A DNA stretch of 64,000 nucleotides, taken from positions 16,138 through 80,137 of the forward strand of contig NCEF01000007.1 of NCBI GenBank assembly GCA_002280565.1. The letters are read 5' to 3'. Shown in pieces: positions 52,591 to 62,572 of the stretch. The notes under the pieces are model-generated. The model saw only the letters and a program-made list of their open reading frames with translations, did not search any database and was not told the origin of the DNA. A program made the position numbers and the translations under genes. The first letter of the stretch is position 1. Each line of letters begins with the position of its first letter. Origin of the DNA: Sphingomonas sp. 32-66-10 (lineage in GTDB: Bacteria; Pseudomonadota; Alphaproteobacteria; Sphingomonadales; Sphingomonadaceae).

Positions 52591-54555
52591 TTAAGCGGCA
52601 AGCCGTGCAATAATCTGTGGGGTGATCGCGTCAGCGGTCAGCCCGAAATGGCGGTACAGGTCTTCGGCCGGGCCCGACGCGCCGAAGCCGTCGATGCCGA
52701 AGCGCAGACCGTCGCGACCGACATAGCGTTCCCAGCCAAAGGTGGTGCCGGCCTCGATCGAAACAAGCAGCATGTCGTCGGGCAGGATATGTGCCTGATA
52801 ATCGGGCGACATCCCGTCGAACGCATCGGTGCTGGGCATCGAGACGACGTCGGCGCCGATCCCTTGTGCCTCCAGCGCCGCACGCACGGCCACCGCGATC
52901 TCGACCTCGGAACCAGTCGCGACCAGCACCACCTTGCGCGGTGCCTCTGCCGCGCGCAGGCGGTAGCCGCCGGATTCGACCTGCGCGACATGATCTTCGC
53001 CAAGCAGCTGCGGCAGGTTCTGACGGGTCAGCACCAGCAGCGACGGGGCGTCCCAGGTCCGAAGCGCAATGTCCCAGCACATTGCCGTCTCGACCGCGTC
53101 GCACGGACGCCACACGTTGAGGTTCGGCATCGCGCGCAGGCTCTGCAGATGCTCGATCGGCTGGTGGGTCGGGCCGTCTTCGCCGAGGCCGATGCTGTCA
53201 TGCGTCATCACATAGACAACGCGCGCCCGCTGCAGCGCCGAGAGGCGGATCGCGCCGCGCGCATAGTCGGAGAAGACGAGGAAGGTGCCGCCATAGGGGA
53301 TGATCCCACCGTGCAGCGCCATGCCGTTCATCGCCGCAGCCATGCCGAATTCGCGGATGCCGTAATAGACATAGCGGCCGGCATAGTTTTCGGCGGTGAG
53401 CGGCCCGGTCGCCTTGGTCTTGGTGTTGTTGGAGCCGGTGAGGTCGGCCGAGCCGCCGATCAGTTCGGGCAGGTTTTCGGTGAGCGGCTCGAGCGCCATT
53501 TCGCTCGACTTGCGGGTTGCGACCTTGGGCGGGTTGGCGAGCAGGTCGGCGATGTAGCTGTCGAGATCGAAGTCCGGAAGCTCGCCCGCCATGCGGCGCT
53601 CGAACTCGGCGCGGTCGGCATGGGCGGCGAGGCGTGCCTTCCAGTCGGCATGGGGTGCGGCGGCGCGCTTGCCGGCGTCTGCCCACGCGGCGGCGATGTC
53701 GGCAGGGATGTCGAACGGGGCGTGGGTCCAGCCGAGCGCTGCGCGGGCGGCGGCCACTTCGTCGGCGCCGAGCGGCGAGCCATGAACCTTGCTCGTGCCG
53801 CCCTTGTTGGGAGCGCCCTTGCCGATCACGGTCTTGCAGCGGACCAGCGAGGGGCGCGGGTCGGCGATCGCGGCGTCGAAGGCGGCCGCGATGCTGACGG
53901 GATCGTGGCCGTCGCAGGCGACGACGTGCCAGCCGGTCGCTTCGTAGCGGGCGGGGATGTTCTCGCTCGACGACAGCGACACCTTGCCGTCGATGGTGAT
54001 GTCATTGTCGTCCCACAGGACAATCAGGCGACCGAGCTTGAGATGGCCGGCCAGGCCGATCGCTTCGTGGTTGATGCCTTCCATCAGGCAGCCGTCACCC
54101 GCGATTACCCAGGTGCGGTGGTCGACGATGCTGTCGTCAAACACGGCGTTGAGGTGACGCTCGGCGAGCGCCATGCCGACCGCCATCGCCAGGCCCTGAC
54201 CCAGCGGGCCGGTGGTGCATTCGACGCCGGGCAGCTCGAAATTTTCCGGGTGGCCGGCGCAGGGGCTGCCGACCTTGCGGAAGTTGCGAATGTCGTCGAG
54301 CGTCGGGCGGGCATAGCCGGTCAGGTGCAGCAGCGCGTAGATCAGCATCGAGCCATGGCCGGCGGACAGCACGAAGCGGTCGCGGTCGGCCCATTTGGGA
54401 TCGGTCGGATCATATTTCAGATAGTCGCTGAACAGGACGGTCGCGACATCGGCCATGCCCATCGGCATGCCGGGATGGCCCGAATTTGCGGCCTCCACCG
54501 CGTCCATCGACAAGGCGCGAATGGCGTTGGCGCGGTGGGCGAATGAAATGGTCAC
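52591..54555 (-). CDS. tkt: Transketolase
   Basis: [36 protein letters not shown]. Confidence 0.97.
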   Translation of the reverse strand: MTISFAHRANAIRALSMDAVEAANSGHPGMPMGMADVATVLFSDYLKYDPTDPKWADRDRFVLSAGHGSMLIYALLHLTGYARPTLDDIRNFRKVGSPCAGHPENFELPGVECTTGPLGQGLAMAVGMALAERHLNAVFDDSIVDHRTWVIAGDGCLMEGINHEAIGLAGHLKLGRLIVLWDDNDITIDGKVSLSSSENIPARYEATGWHVVACDGHDPVSIAAAFDAAIADPRPSLVRCKTVIGKGAPNKGGTSKVHGSPLGADEVAAARAALGWTHAPFDIPADIAAAWADAGKRAAAPHADWKARLAAHADRAEFERRMAGELPDFDLDSYIADLLANPPKVATRKSSEMALEPLTENLPELIGGSADLTGSNNTKTKATGPLTAENYAGRYVYYGIREFGMAAAMNGMALHGGIIPYGGTFLVFSDYARGAIRLSALQRARVVYVMTHDSIGLGEDGPTHQPIEHLQSLRAMPNLNVWRPCDAVETAMCWDIALRTWDAPSLLVLTRQNLPQLLGEDHVAQVESGGYRLRAAEAPRKVVLVATGSEVEIAVAVRAALEAQGIGADVVSMPSTDAFDGMSPDYQAHILPDDMLLVSIEAGTTFGWERYVGRDGLRFGIDGFGASGPAEDLYRHFGLTADAITPQIIARLAA

Positions 54556-54701
54556 GGCATATCCCCTATCGGGCCTGCGCGCGTCGCGTTGAGTCTCGCC
54601 ACGGCCCGGCGAATCGAAGTTGGCGTGCCAATGGGGCGCGCGGGCGCAGTCGTCAACCGCACGGGGTTGCGGCGCGGATAAAGCCACCCTATCCACCCTG
54701 C

Positions 54702-54887
54702 ATGGCGGATGCGGAACCCTCCGCGCTCGATCGGATTGAGCGCGCGCTTACGCGGATCGAGGCTGCGGCTGCGCGTCGCGCATTCGATGCCGAGCGGCTG
54801 GAACGCCGTCACGCAGCGCTGCGCGGCAAGGTCGAGCAGGCGATCGTTGCGCTCGACGCGCTGATCGAACAGGAGGGCGAGGGCTGA
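54702..54887 (+). CDS. Small coiled-coil protein upstream of zapA (ZauP-like)
   Basis: 61-aa heptad-rich ORF, TGATG-coupled to zapA; position matches Caulobacter zauP. Confidence 0.7.
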   Translation: MADAEPSALDRIERALTRIEAAAARRAFDAERLERRHAALRGKVEQAIVALDALIEQEGEG

Positions 54888-55189
54888 TGGGTCAGGTCAC
54901 GCTGACCATCGCCGGACGCAGCCACAACATCGCGTGCCGCGATGGCGAGGAACTGCATCTTGAGCGGCTCGGCGCGTTGCTGGAACGCCATGCCGACACG
55001 GCGGTGCGCGCGTCGGGCGGGCTGAGCGGCGAGCGGACGATGCTGTTCCTGGCGCTGATCCTGGCCGACCAGCTGGACGAAGCCGAGCGCAACCCGCCCG
55101 GCGGCGTGTCGCCGGTGCTGCTCGAGAATCTGGCGGATCGGCTGGAGGCGGTGGCCTTGGCACTTGAGGAACCTGCGCCGAACGCCTAA
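54887..55189 (+). CDS. zapA: Cell division protein ZapA
   Basis: VTLTIAGRSHNIACRDGEE, LFLALILAD; lies upstream of 6S RNA. Confidence 0.88.
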   Translation: MGQVTLTIAGRSHNIACRDGEELHLERLGALLERHADTAVRASGGLSGERTMLFLALILADQLDEAERNPPGGVSPVLLENLADRLEAVALALEEPAPNA

Positions 55190-55197
55190 ATTGACGG

Positions 55198-55359
55198 CGG
55201 CGGGTACTGCCCGGTGCGAGCTTTAGCGATTATCCCTGAGGCGATTCATCATCCATGGGGGCTGTCCCTGCTCAGGTCCTGGCCTGTGGCACATGGTCCC
55301 CACCTGACGTAAACGGCGTCAGAGGATATTCAAGCACACGGCCCATGGTGGTCCCGCCA
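55198..55359 (+). ncRNA. ssrS: 6S RNA
   Basis: zapA-6S-ygfA synteny; complementary ends GGCGGGTACTGCC/GGTGGTCCCGCC; internal TCCCTGAG...TCAGAGGA pairing; about 160 nt. Confidence 0.85.
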
Positions 55360-55408
55360 ACGGATTTAGTCAGCGAGGCCGCGGCTTCGCATAGTGCGAA
55401 GCGCAATT

Positions 55409-55963
55409 ATGGCTGACGATAAACGAACCTTGCGCGCCCGCATGCGCGCGCTCCGCGATGAGTTCGCGATGACCATCGGCGGGGTGATCGAGCCGCCCCC
55501 TGCCCTGCTCGCGCGCTTCGGGCCGGGCGTTACCGTGTCTTCCTATGTTCCGGTGGGTAGCGAGGCGGATCCGACCGCGATTGCCTGGGCGGCGCGGGAG
55601 GCGGGGTGCACGATCGTACTGCCGCATGTCACCAGTCGCGTGTCACCGGTGCGCTTTTTCGCGTGGGAGCCGGCGCATGCGCTGGTCGATGGACCGCTGG
55701 GGCTGCGTCAGCCGGATGACAGCGGCGTCGAGTGCGATCCCTATATCGTGTTGACGCCGTTGCTGGCGTTCGACGTCGCGATGAACCGGCTCGGCCAGGG
55801 GGCGGGTCATTACGACCGGGTGTTCGAGCGGCTGCCCGATGCGTGGCGGATCGGCATTGCCTGGTCGATCCAGCAAGTCGAGGCATTGGCGATCGACGCC
55901 TGGGACATGCCCTTGCACGGCGTGGTCACCGAGGCCGCCGCACATGGCGAGGCGGCGGCATGA
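55409..55963 (+). CDS. ygfA: 5-formyltetrahydrofolate cyclo-ligase
   Basis: PLLAFD, RLGQGAGHYDR, WDMPL. Confidence 0.92.
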   Translation: MADDKRTLRARMRALRDEFAMTIGGVIEPPPALLARFGPGVTVSSYVPVGSEADPTAIAWAAREAGCTIVLPHVTSRVSPVRFFAWEPAHALVDGPLGLRQPDDSGVECDPYIVLTPLLAFDVAMNRLGQGAGHYDRVFERLPDAWRIGIAWSIQQVEALAIDAWDMPLHGVVTEAAAHGEAAA

Positions 55964-56178
55964 CTCCGTCCTGGCGCAAGCCCGTAGGCGCATTCGCGAT
56001 CATCGCGCTAATCGTAATCTGGTGCGTCGCGGTGGCGAGCCTGTCGCGCATTGTGGGCGCATGGCCGGTCCTCATCCAGCTGGTTTTCTACGTCTTCACG
56101 GGGATCGTGTGGATCCTGCCGCTCAAGCCGTTGCTGCTGTGGATGGAGACCGGCCGCTGGCGCGTACCGCGCGACTAG
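55960..56178 (+). CDS. DUF2842-type small membrane protein
   Basis: MTPSWRKPVGAF...FYVFTGIVWILPLKPLLLWM; ATGA overlap with ygfA. Confidence 0.8.
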   Translation: MTPSWRKPVGAFAIIALIVIWCVAVASLSRIVGAWPVLIQLVFYVFTGIVWILPLKPLLLWMETGRWRVPRD

Positions 56179-56537
56179 AGCGCGGGGACGCCGTAATAGG
56201 CGTAGACCTCTTGTCCGTAAGCGCGGTCGTACGTCGGCTCTTCGCCTTCGCTATCATAATTCGGCGCGTTTTCGAGCTTTTCGCGGCTGAGCGACACGAC
56301 ATAGCCGTCCTTGTCGGTGTCATAGGTCAGCGCCTGCCACGGCACGGGATAGTGGCGATGGCCGATGCCCAGGATTCCGCCGAACGCCATCACGGCATAT
56401 TCGGCGCGGCCCGAGACCTTATCCACCATGAAGCGCTCGACATGGCCGAGCTTTTCGCCGCTGGTGTCATAGACGCTGGTGCCTTCTACCCGGTCGGAAG
56501 CAATCAAGCTGTTCGGGCTGTCGACGGTGGTGTTCAT
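56175..56537 (-). CDS. PRC-barrel domain protein
   Basis: LIASDRVEGTSVY, YAVMAFGGILGIG, PVPWQAL. Confidence 0.92.
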   Translation of the reverse strand: MNTTVDSPNSLIASDRVEGTSVYDTSGEKLGHVERFMVDKVSGRAEYAVMAFGGILGIGHRHYPVPWQALTYDTDKDGYVVSLSREKLENAPNYDSEGEEPTYDRAYGQEVYAYYGVPAL

Positions 56538-56573
56538 CGCATCTCTCCTTCAGTTTCAGGGATATGCGCAACC

Positions 56574-56598
56574 AACGCATGAGCGCCGCGCTTGTGCC
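56574..56598 (-). promoter_or_regulatory. Candidate EcfG/SigT promoter of the PRC-barrel gene
   Basis: GGCAC-N16-CGTT upstream of an AAGGAG RBS. Confidence 0.55.
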
Positions 56599-56628
56599 GA
56601 ACGAAATCGGGTCGTAGCAGTTGCGACC

Positions 56629-58509
56629 ATGCGTATCCTGACCCTCGCAGCCGTGCTGCTCGCCTCCGCCGCCCCTGCCGCCACCCACGCCCAGTCCGCG
56701 AAGGTCGCGCCGGTTCTGACCACGCCCGAGGCGAAGGACGCGTGGACCTATGCCCGCCCCGCCGAAGCGCGGGTGACGCATGTCGACCTCGACCTGCACA
56801 TCGATTTTGCAAGCAAGACGATCAGCGGCGTCGCGGTGCTGGATGTCGCGGTGGCCAAGGGTGTGAAGGAGATCGTGCTCGATACGCTCGACCTCACCAT
56901 CGCGGCGGTGACCGACGAGAATCACGTCAAGCTGGCGCATATGGTCGGCCCGAAAGACCCGCAGCTGGGCAGCCCGCTGACCATTCAGCTCGATGGTGCG
57001 AAGAAGATCCGCATCGCCTATAGCGCCAGCCCTGGCGCACGCGCGTTGCAGTGGCTGACCCCGGCGCAGACGCAGAGCAAGACCCTGCCCTTCCTGTTCA
57101 GCCAGGGGCAGGCGATCAACAATCGCAGCTGGATCCCGACGCAGGACAGCCCGGGCATCCGCCAGACCTGGTCGGCGACGATCACCGTGCCGGATGGGTT
57201 CGTCCCGGTGATGAGCGCGCAGATGCTGGACGGTGCCACCGGCGAGCTGCTGCCGCACCAGCGGCGCAAATTCCGCTTCCGCATGGACAATCCGGTTCCG
57301 CCCTATCTGATCGCGATCGCGGTCGGCGACCTGAAGTTCAAGGAGATCGGCCCGCGCAGCGGCGTATGGGCCGAAGCGGGGATGATCGACGCCGCCGTGT
57401 CGGAATTCGCCGATGTCGAAAAGATGATTGACGCGGCGCAGGCGCTGTACGGTCCCTATCGCTGGGGCCGCTACGACATGCTCGTCCTGCCCCCGTCCTT
57501 CCCCTATGGCGGGATGGAGAACCCCAATCTCACCTTTTTTACCCCGACGATCATTACCGGGGACAAGTCGAACACCGATGTGCTCGCGCATGAACTGGCG
57601 CATAGCTGGTCGGGGAACCTGGTCACCAACGCGACCTGGTCGGACGGCTGGCTGAACGAGGGGTTCACCACCTATTTCGAGAACCGGATCATGGAAGCGC
57701 TGTACGGCAAGGAGCGCGCGGCGATCTATTCCGACCTCGATTATGCCGGGATGCTGCGCGACGTGAAGAATGCCGGCGGCGATAGCGCGCCATCGACGCG
57801 GTTGCATGGTGAGCCGGGCGACAGCGCGGGACAGCTGGATTATCTGAAGGGTAGCGCCTTCCTGCGCACGATCGAATATGCGGTCGGACGCGAGCGGTTC
57901 GACGCCTATCTGCGCGGCTATTTCGACCGCCATGCCTTCCAGCCGCAGACCAGCGCCGGGTTCCTGGCCGATATCCGCACGCATCTGATCAAGGGCGACA
58001 AGGCGTTGGAGGTGCAGCTGCAGCTCGACCGCTGGGTGTATCAGCCGGGCGTGCCGTCGAACGCGGTGCAGGTGAAGTCGGACACGCTGGCCAAGGTCGA
58101 TGCGCAGCTCGCCGCGTTCATCGCGGGCGGGCCGGCATCGGCGATCGACACGGCGGGATGGCAGACGCAGCAATGGCAGCGATTGCTGGGCGGGCTCCCG
58201 CGCCAGCAGAGCGCGGCGCGGCTGGCCGAGCTGGACGCGGCGCTGGGGCTGACGCAATCGCAGAATGCCTATGTCCAGTCGGCGTGGTTCGATCTAGCGA
58301 TTGCCAATCGCTATGAGCCGGTGGTCCCGGCGCTGGAGGAGTATCTGACCCGCGTCGGCCGCAATTTGCTGGTGACGCCGCTCTATCGCGGGCTGAAGGC
58401 GCAGGGCGAGTGGGGCGCGCCGATCGCGCAGCGGATCTTCGAGAAAGCGAAGCCGGGATATCATCCGGTGACGGTCGGCGCGGTGACGCGGATCCTGGAG
58501 GCGCGCTGA
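56629..58509 (+). CDS. Secreted M1 aminopeptidase (LTA4-hydrolase-like)
   Basis: GGMENP, HELAH-x18-E, signal peptide. Confidence 0.94.
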   Translation: MRILTLAAVLLASAAPAATHAQSAKVAPVLTTPEAKDAWTYARPAEARVTHVDLDLHIDFASKTISGVAVLDVAVAKGVKEIVLDTLDLTIAAVTDENHVKLAHMVGPKDPQLGSPLTIQLDGAKKIRIAYSASPGARALQWLTPAQTQSKTLPFLFSQGQAINNRSWIPTQDSPGIRQTWSATITVPDGFVPVMSAQMLDGATGELLPHQRRKFRFRMDNPVPPYLIAIAVGDLKFKEIGPRSGVWAEAGMIDAAVSEFADVEKMIDAAQALYGPYRWGRYDMLVLPPSFPYGGMENPNLTFFTPTIITGDKSNTDVLAHELAHSWSGNLVTNATWSDGWLNEGFTTYFENRIMEALYGKERAAIYSDLDYAGMLRDVKNAGGDSAPSTRLHGEPGDSAGQLDYLKGSAFLRTIEYAVGRERFDAYLRGYFDRHAFQPQTSAGFLADIRTHLIKGDKALEVQLQLDRWVYQPGVPSNAVQVKSDTLAKVDAQLAAFIAGGPASAIDTAGWQTQQWQRLLGGLPRQQSAARLAELDAALGLTQSQNAYVQSAWFDLAIANRYEPVVPALEEYLTRVGRNLLVTPLYRGLKAQGEWGAPIAQRIFEKAKPGYHPVTVGAVTRILEAR

Positions 58510-58572
58510 CCGAATCTTCATACTCGCCCCGGTAGAACTACCTAACACAGGGTTCGATGGGGTGGAGCGGGT

Positions 58573-59832
58573 ATGACGGTTGACGGCGAGACGCTGGGCG
58601 CGACGGCGCTGCGCGAGATTATTTCGTCGACGAGCAGCACTGGCAGTTCGGATGCGATCATCGCCCGCGCGCTGCAGGCGGTGCGCGCGCATCTGGGGCT
58701 GCAAGTCGCCTATGTCTCCGAATTTGTGGGCAATGACTCGGTGTTCCGCGTGGTCGACGCACCGGGGCTGGAGCATCTGGCCAAGGCGGGCGATGTCCAT
58801 TCGCTCGACGATGTCTATTGCCGCCACATCCTGGCCGGGCGGCTGCCCGAGCTGATCCCCGATACCGCGGCCGAGCCGGTCGCCGCCGCAATGCCGATCA
58901 CCGCGGCGGTGCCGATCGGCGCACATGTCAGCGTGCCGATCCGCCTGTCGGACGGGCGGACTTATGGCATGTTCTGTTGCCTTGGCCCCTTTGCCAGCCC
59001 GACGCTCAATCCGCGCGACCTGGGCATGATGCGCGCCTTTGCCGATCTGGCCGCGTTCGAGATCGAACGTGATCTGGGCACGCGCGAGGAGGCCGCCGCG
59101 TCGCGCAGCGCGATCGAGCAGGTCATGGCCGAAGGACTGATGGACATTCATTACCAGCCGATCTTCAGCCTCTCCCAGGGGCGGCCGGCAGGGTATGAGG
59201 CGTTGGCGCGGATCACGGTCGAGCCGTACCGCTCGCCCGACAAATGGTTCACCCAGGCGGCACTGGTCGGCTTGGGCGAGGCGTTCGAGCTGTTCGCGAT
59301 CGACCGCGCGCTGCAGGGCCTGTCGCAGTTGCCCGACCATGCCTATCTGTCGGTCAATGCCAGCCCGGCGACCGCAATGTCGCCCGAGCTGCCCGCGATT
59401 CTGCGCCGCGCGCCGCTGAACCGGGTGGTGCTGGAAGTCACCGAGCATGATCGCGTTTCGGACGTCTCCACCTTGCTCGACCAGCTAGCGCCGTTGCGCG
59501 CCGAGGGGCTCAAGATCGCGGTGGACGATGCCGGGTCGGGCTATAGCGGACTGCAGCAGATCATCCAGATGCGCCCCGATCTGGTGAAGCTCGACCGCTT
59601 CCTGATCGAGGATATCCAGCATGATCCGGGCCGCCGCGCGCTGGCCGCCGGGTTGATGATGTTCGCACGCGACACCGGCAGCCGGCTGATCGCCGAGGGG
59701 GTCGAGCGCGAGGATGAGCTGGCGGTGCTGCGCGCGCTGGGGATCGATCTGATCCAGGGGTATCTGCTGGGGCGGCCGCAGCCGCTGGCGGCGATCCGGG
59801 ATGAAGGGACGGAGCTGCGAGCGGCAGGCTAG
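58573..59832 (+). CDS. GAF-EAL c-di-GMP phosphodiesterase
   Basis: GAF (AHVSVPIRLSDGRTYGMFCC); YQPI, EALAR, LEVTE, DDAGSGYS, VKLD, AEGVE, QGY. Confidence 0.9.
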   Translation: MTVDGETLGATALREIISSTSSTGSSDAIIARALQAVRAHLGLQVAYVSEFVGNDSVFRVVDAPGLEHLAKAGDVHSLDDVYCRHILAGRLPELIPDTAAEPVAAAMPITAAVPIGAHVSVPIRLSDGRTYGMFCCLGPFASPTLNPRDLGMMRAFADLAAFEIERDLGTREEAAASRSAIEQVMAEGLMDIHYQPIFSLSQGRPAGYEALARITVEPYRSPDKWFTQAALVGLGEAFELFAIDRALQGLSQLPDHAYLSVNASPATAMSPELPAILRRAPLNRVVLEVTEHDRVSDVSTLLDQLAPLRAEGLKIAVDDAGSGYSGLQQIIQMRPDLVKLDRFLIEDIQHDPGRRALAAGLMMFARDTGSRLIAEGVEREDELAVLRALGIDLIQGYLLGRPQPLAAIRDEGTELRAAG

Positions 59833-59836
59833 ACCG

Positions 59837-60007
59837 TCACAGGCTGCGCTTGCCCTTGGTCCGCCCAGTCAGGTGAAAGCCGAAACAGCGATCGCAGCGA
59901 TAGGGGCGCAGGGTGATGGTCGCGGCCAGTGCGGCGGCCTTAGCCTCATCCTCGCCGGCAAAGCGTCGCTTGCGGCGGCACACGCTCAGCCGCGTAGCGC
60001 GTACCAT
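59837..60007 (-). CDS. Small basic protein with C...CxxC-x3-H motif (56 aa)
   Basis: MVRATRLSVCRRKRRFAGEDEAKAAALAATITLRPYRCDRCFGFHLTGRTKGKRSL. Confidence 0.65.
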   Translation of the reverse strand: MVRATRLSVCRRKRRFAGEDEAKAAALAATITLRPYRCDRCFGFHLTGRTKGKRSL

Positions 60008-60318
60008 GCCAGCCACAGCCAGCCGACGATCAACGCAGTGCCGCCGATCGGCGTGATCGCGCCCAGCCAGCGCGGTGCGCCGAAGGCCATGGCATAAAGC
60101 GTGAAGGCAAAGATCGCGGCGCCGGCGACGAACAGCCAGCCCGCACCCTTCGCGCCGATCTGCACCGCGACCAGCGCGGCGACGACATGGATCAGCTGAT
60201 AGGTCGCGCCGGTGCGCAGCCACTCCGCGGCCTTGCCCTCCGCACCATGCGCGCCGAATGCCCCTGCGCCGACCGCGATGGCGCCGGACAGCGCCGCCAA
60301 GGCGATCAACGCGTTCAT
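59986..60318 (-). CDS. DUF423-family membrane protein
   Basis: GAFGAHG, TYQLIH, LGAITPIGG. Confidence 0.9.
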   Translation of the reverse strand: MNALIALAALSGAIAVGAGAFGAHGAEGKAAEWLRTGATYQLIHVVAALVAVQIGAKGAGWLFVAGAAIFAFTLYAMAFGAPRWLGAITPIGGTALIVGWLWLAWYALRG

Positions 60319-62135
60319 TCGCGCTCGCTTTCCGCGCCCGCGCTGGGGGAGATGAGATCGGGATTGTCACGCCGGCCGGGTCGCCAGTCGAGATCGGGAT
60401 CGCCGATGATCGCCTCCCGCGCGGCGGCCAGGCTGCCCGCTTCATGCTGGATGCGCAGCACTTCGCGGTCGCGGCGGCGGTAGAAATCCTCGGTCCGTTC
60501 GATCTCCTCGATATCGACGCCGACCGCAGTCATCGCCTTGCGCGCCATGACGATGGCGGATTCGAGCACTTCACGCACGACGCCGGCGGCCGGGCCGCCC
60601 TTGAGCTTCAGCAGCGCGCGGCGATCATAGGCGCGCACGAAGATCGATGCCTGAGGGAAGGATTCGTGGACGGCCTCGACCAGTTCCGGCTCGATCTTGT
60701 CGCCATCGAGGCAGAACAGGATCAGTTGCGCCTCGCCCGCCCCGGCTTGCCGGAGCATGTCGATGCGGGTGCCGTCGCCATAATAGACCTTTGCGCCGAA
60801 CTGGCCGGCGATGTCGATCATCTCGATATCGGTGTCGATCAGCGTGACGGCGATGCCCTGCGCGTTGAGCATCTGGCCGACCGTCTGGCCGAAGCGGCCA
60901 TAGCCGATAATCAGCGCACTCGACCCATCCGACACCGGGCCGTCGCGCTCACCGGTCGCTGCGCTTTCCTCGACGCGGAAGCGGCGGGTGAACATCATCA
61001 GGAACGGCGTGGTGGCCATCGACAGCGTCACGACCGCGCTGAACACGCTGACCGCCTCAGGCGCGATCAGCAGCGCGTTCTGCGCCTGGGCGAACAGGAC
61101 GAAACCGAACTCGCCGCCCTGGCTGAGCAACAGGCCGAGCGCGAGCGCCTGTCGCCAGGGCATGCGGAAGGCCATGGCGAGGCCGGTGATGACGAGGGTC
61201 TTGGTCGCAATCAGCGCGGCGGCCATGCCGAGCACGAAGACCGGGCGTTCGGCGATGGCGGACAGGTCGAGCATCATGCCGACCGAGAGGAAGAACAGGC
61301 CGAGCAGGATCGAGCGGAAGGGTTCGATATCCGCCTCAAGCTCGTGCCGGTACGGGCTGTCGGCGAGCATCACGCCGGCGATGAACGCGCCAAGTGCGGT
61401 GGACAGGCCGATCGACTGCATCAGCGCGGCGGCGCCGACCACGGTGAACAGGCCGGCGAACACGAACAATTCGCGCTCGCCCCAATTGCCGATCAGCTTG
61501 AACAGCGGGCGCAGCAGATAGCGGCCCGCCAGCACAAGTCCGGTGATCGCGGCGACGGTGTAGATGGCGAGCAGCCAGCCCGGAGGCCCCTCCGCATCTG
61601 CCGGATTGCGGCTCAAGATCGCGATGATCGTGATCAGCGGGACGATCGAGATGTCCTGAAACAACAGCGTCGAGAAGGCGCGCTCGCCGAACGGGGTGCG
61701 CAAGCGACCCGCGCTCTGCAGCATCGGGAGGACCTGCGCGGTCGAGGAGAGCGCGAGCGGGAGGCCGAGCGCGAGCGCGGCGGAGACCGAGAAGTTCGCG
61801 CCGAACCCGATCACGACGCTGAGCGCCAGGCCGCACAGCACGACTTGAAGCAGGCCAAAGCCGAAAATGTCGCGCTTCATCCGCCACAGCCGCGACGGGC
61901 TGAGCTCGAGGCCGACGAGGAACAGCAGCAGGGCGATGCCGAATTCGGCGATGCCCATCTTGCTTTCCGCACCGCCGACCAGCCCGAGCAGTTGCGGGCC
62001 GACCAGCGCTCCCGCGACGAGATAACCGAGCGTCGCACCCAGCCCCATGCGGCGGAAGATGAGGACGAACAGCAGCGCGAAGCCGAGCAGCGGGGCGCTT
62101 TCGGCGACGAAGCTATGGGCGGCACCATGGTCCAT
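60315..62135 (-). CDS. KefB/KefC-like cation:proton antiporter with KTN domain
   Basis: LSSTA, LLFQD, LSQGGEFGF, IIGYGRFGQ, YYGDGTR. Confidence 0.92.
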   Translation of the reverse strand: MDHGAAHSFVAESAPLLGFALLFVLIFRRMGLGATLGYLVAGALVGPQLLGLVGGAESKMGIAEFGIALLLFLVGLELSPSRLWRMKRDIFGFGLLQVVLCGLALSVVIGFGANFSVSAALALGLPLALSSTAQVLPMLQSAGRLRTPFGERAFSTLLFQDISIVPLITIIAILSRNPADAEGPPGWLLAIYTVAAITGLVLAGRYLLRPLFKLIGNWGERELFVFAGLFTVVGAAALMQSIGLSTALGAFIAGVMLADSPYRHELEADIEPFRSILLGLFFLSVGMMLDLSAIAERPVFVLGMAAALIATKTLVITGLAMAFRMPWRQALALGLLLSQGGEFGFVLFAQAQNALLIAPEAVSVFSAVVTLSMATTPFLMMFTRRFRVEESAATGERDGPVSDGSSALIIGYGRFGQTVGQMLNAQGIAVTLIDTDIEMIDIAGQFGAKVYYGDGTRIDMLRQAGAGEAQLILFCLDGDKIEPELVEAVHESFPQASIFVRAYDRRALLKLKGGPAAGVVREVLESAIVMARKAMTAVGVDIEEIERTEDFYRRRDREVLRIQHEAGSLAAAREAIIGDPDLDWRPGRRDNPDLISPSAGAESERE

Positions 62136-62572
62136 CAGGCGGCCTTTTCGGTGCTGACGCGGGTGGCGGCTTCCGCGACGGCTTCGAACGCGAGGCGGAT
62201 CGAGGGATGGCGCGCGCTGTGCGGGAGTGCGGGGGTGAAGAGGTCCAGGCCGGGCCAGTCGGGCGGGGTGTCGCCCTCCCCCGCCAGCCAGCGGGTCAGT
62301 TGGGCGCGGGTCGCGTCGAGCTCGGCGGCGGTGCGGCCGATCGCGTGCGCGCCCATGAGCGACGCCGACGCCTGTCCCAGCGCACAGGCGCGGACCTGCA
62401 TGCCGAGTGCGGCGACGCGGCCGGATCCGTCGAGGTCGACATCGACGGTCACGCGGCTGCCGCACACGGGCGAGCGCTTCTCGACACTCGCCATCGGGTT
62501 GGTGAGGCGTTGATGATGGGGGATGCTCGCGGCGAGCCGCAGGATTTCAGTGTTATAGAGCGGCGCCGTCAT
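62135..62572 (-). CDS. IscU/NifU N-terminal-like protein
   Basis: LYNTEILRLA, SPVCGS, RACALGQAS, ARHPSIRLAF. Confidence 0.88.
   Translation of the reverse strand: MTAPLYNTEILRLAASIPHHQRLTNPMASVEKRSPVCGSRVTVDVDLDGSGRVAALGMQVRACALGQASASLMGAHAIGRTAAELDATRAQLTRWLAGEGDTPPDWPGLDLFTPALPHSARHPSIRLAFEAVAEAATRVSTEKAA

Noticed and set aside
59520-59550. Degenerate EAL domain (DDAGSG instead of DDFGTG)
   Set aside because: The other catalytic motifs are present and this loop variant is common; no evidence of inactivity.
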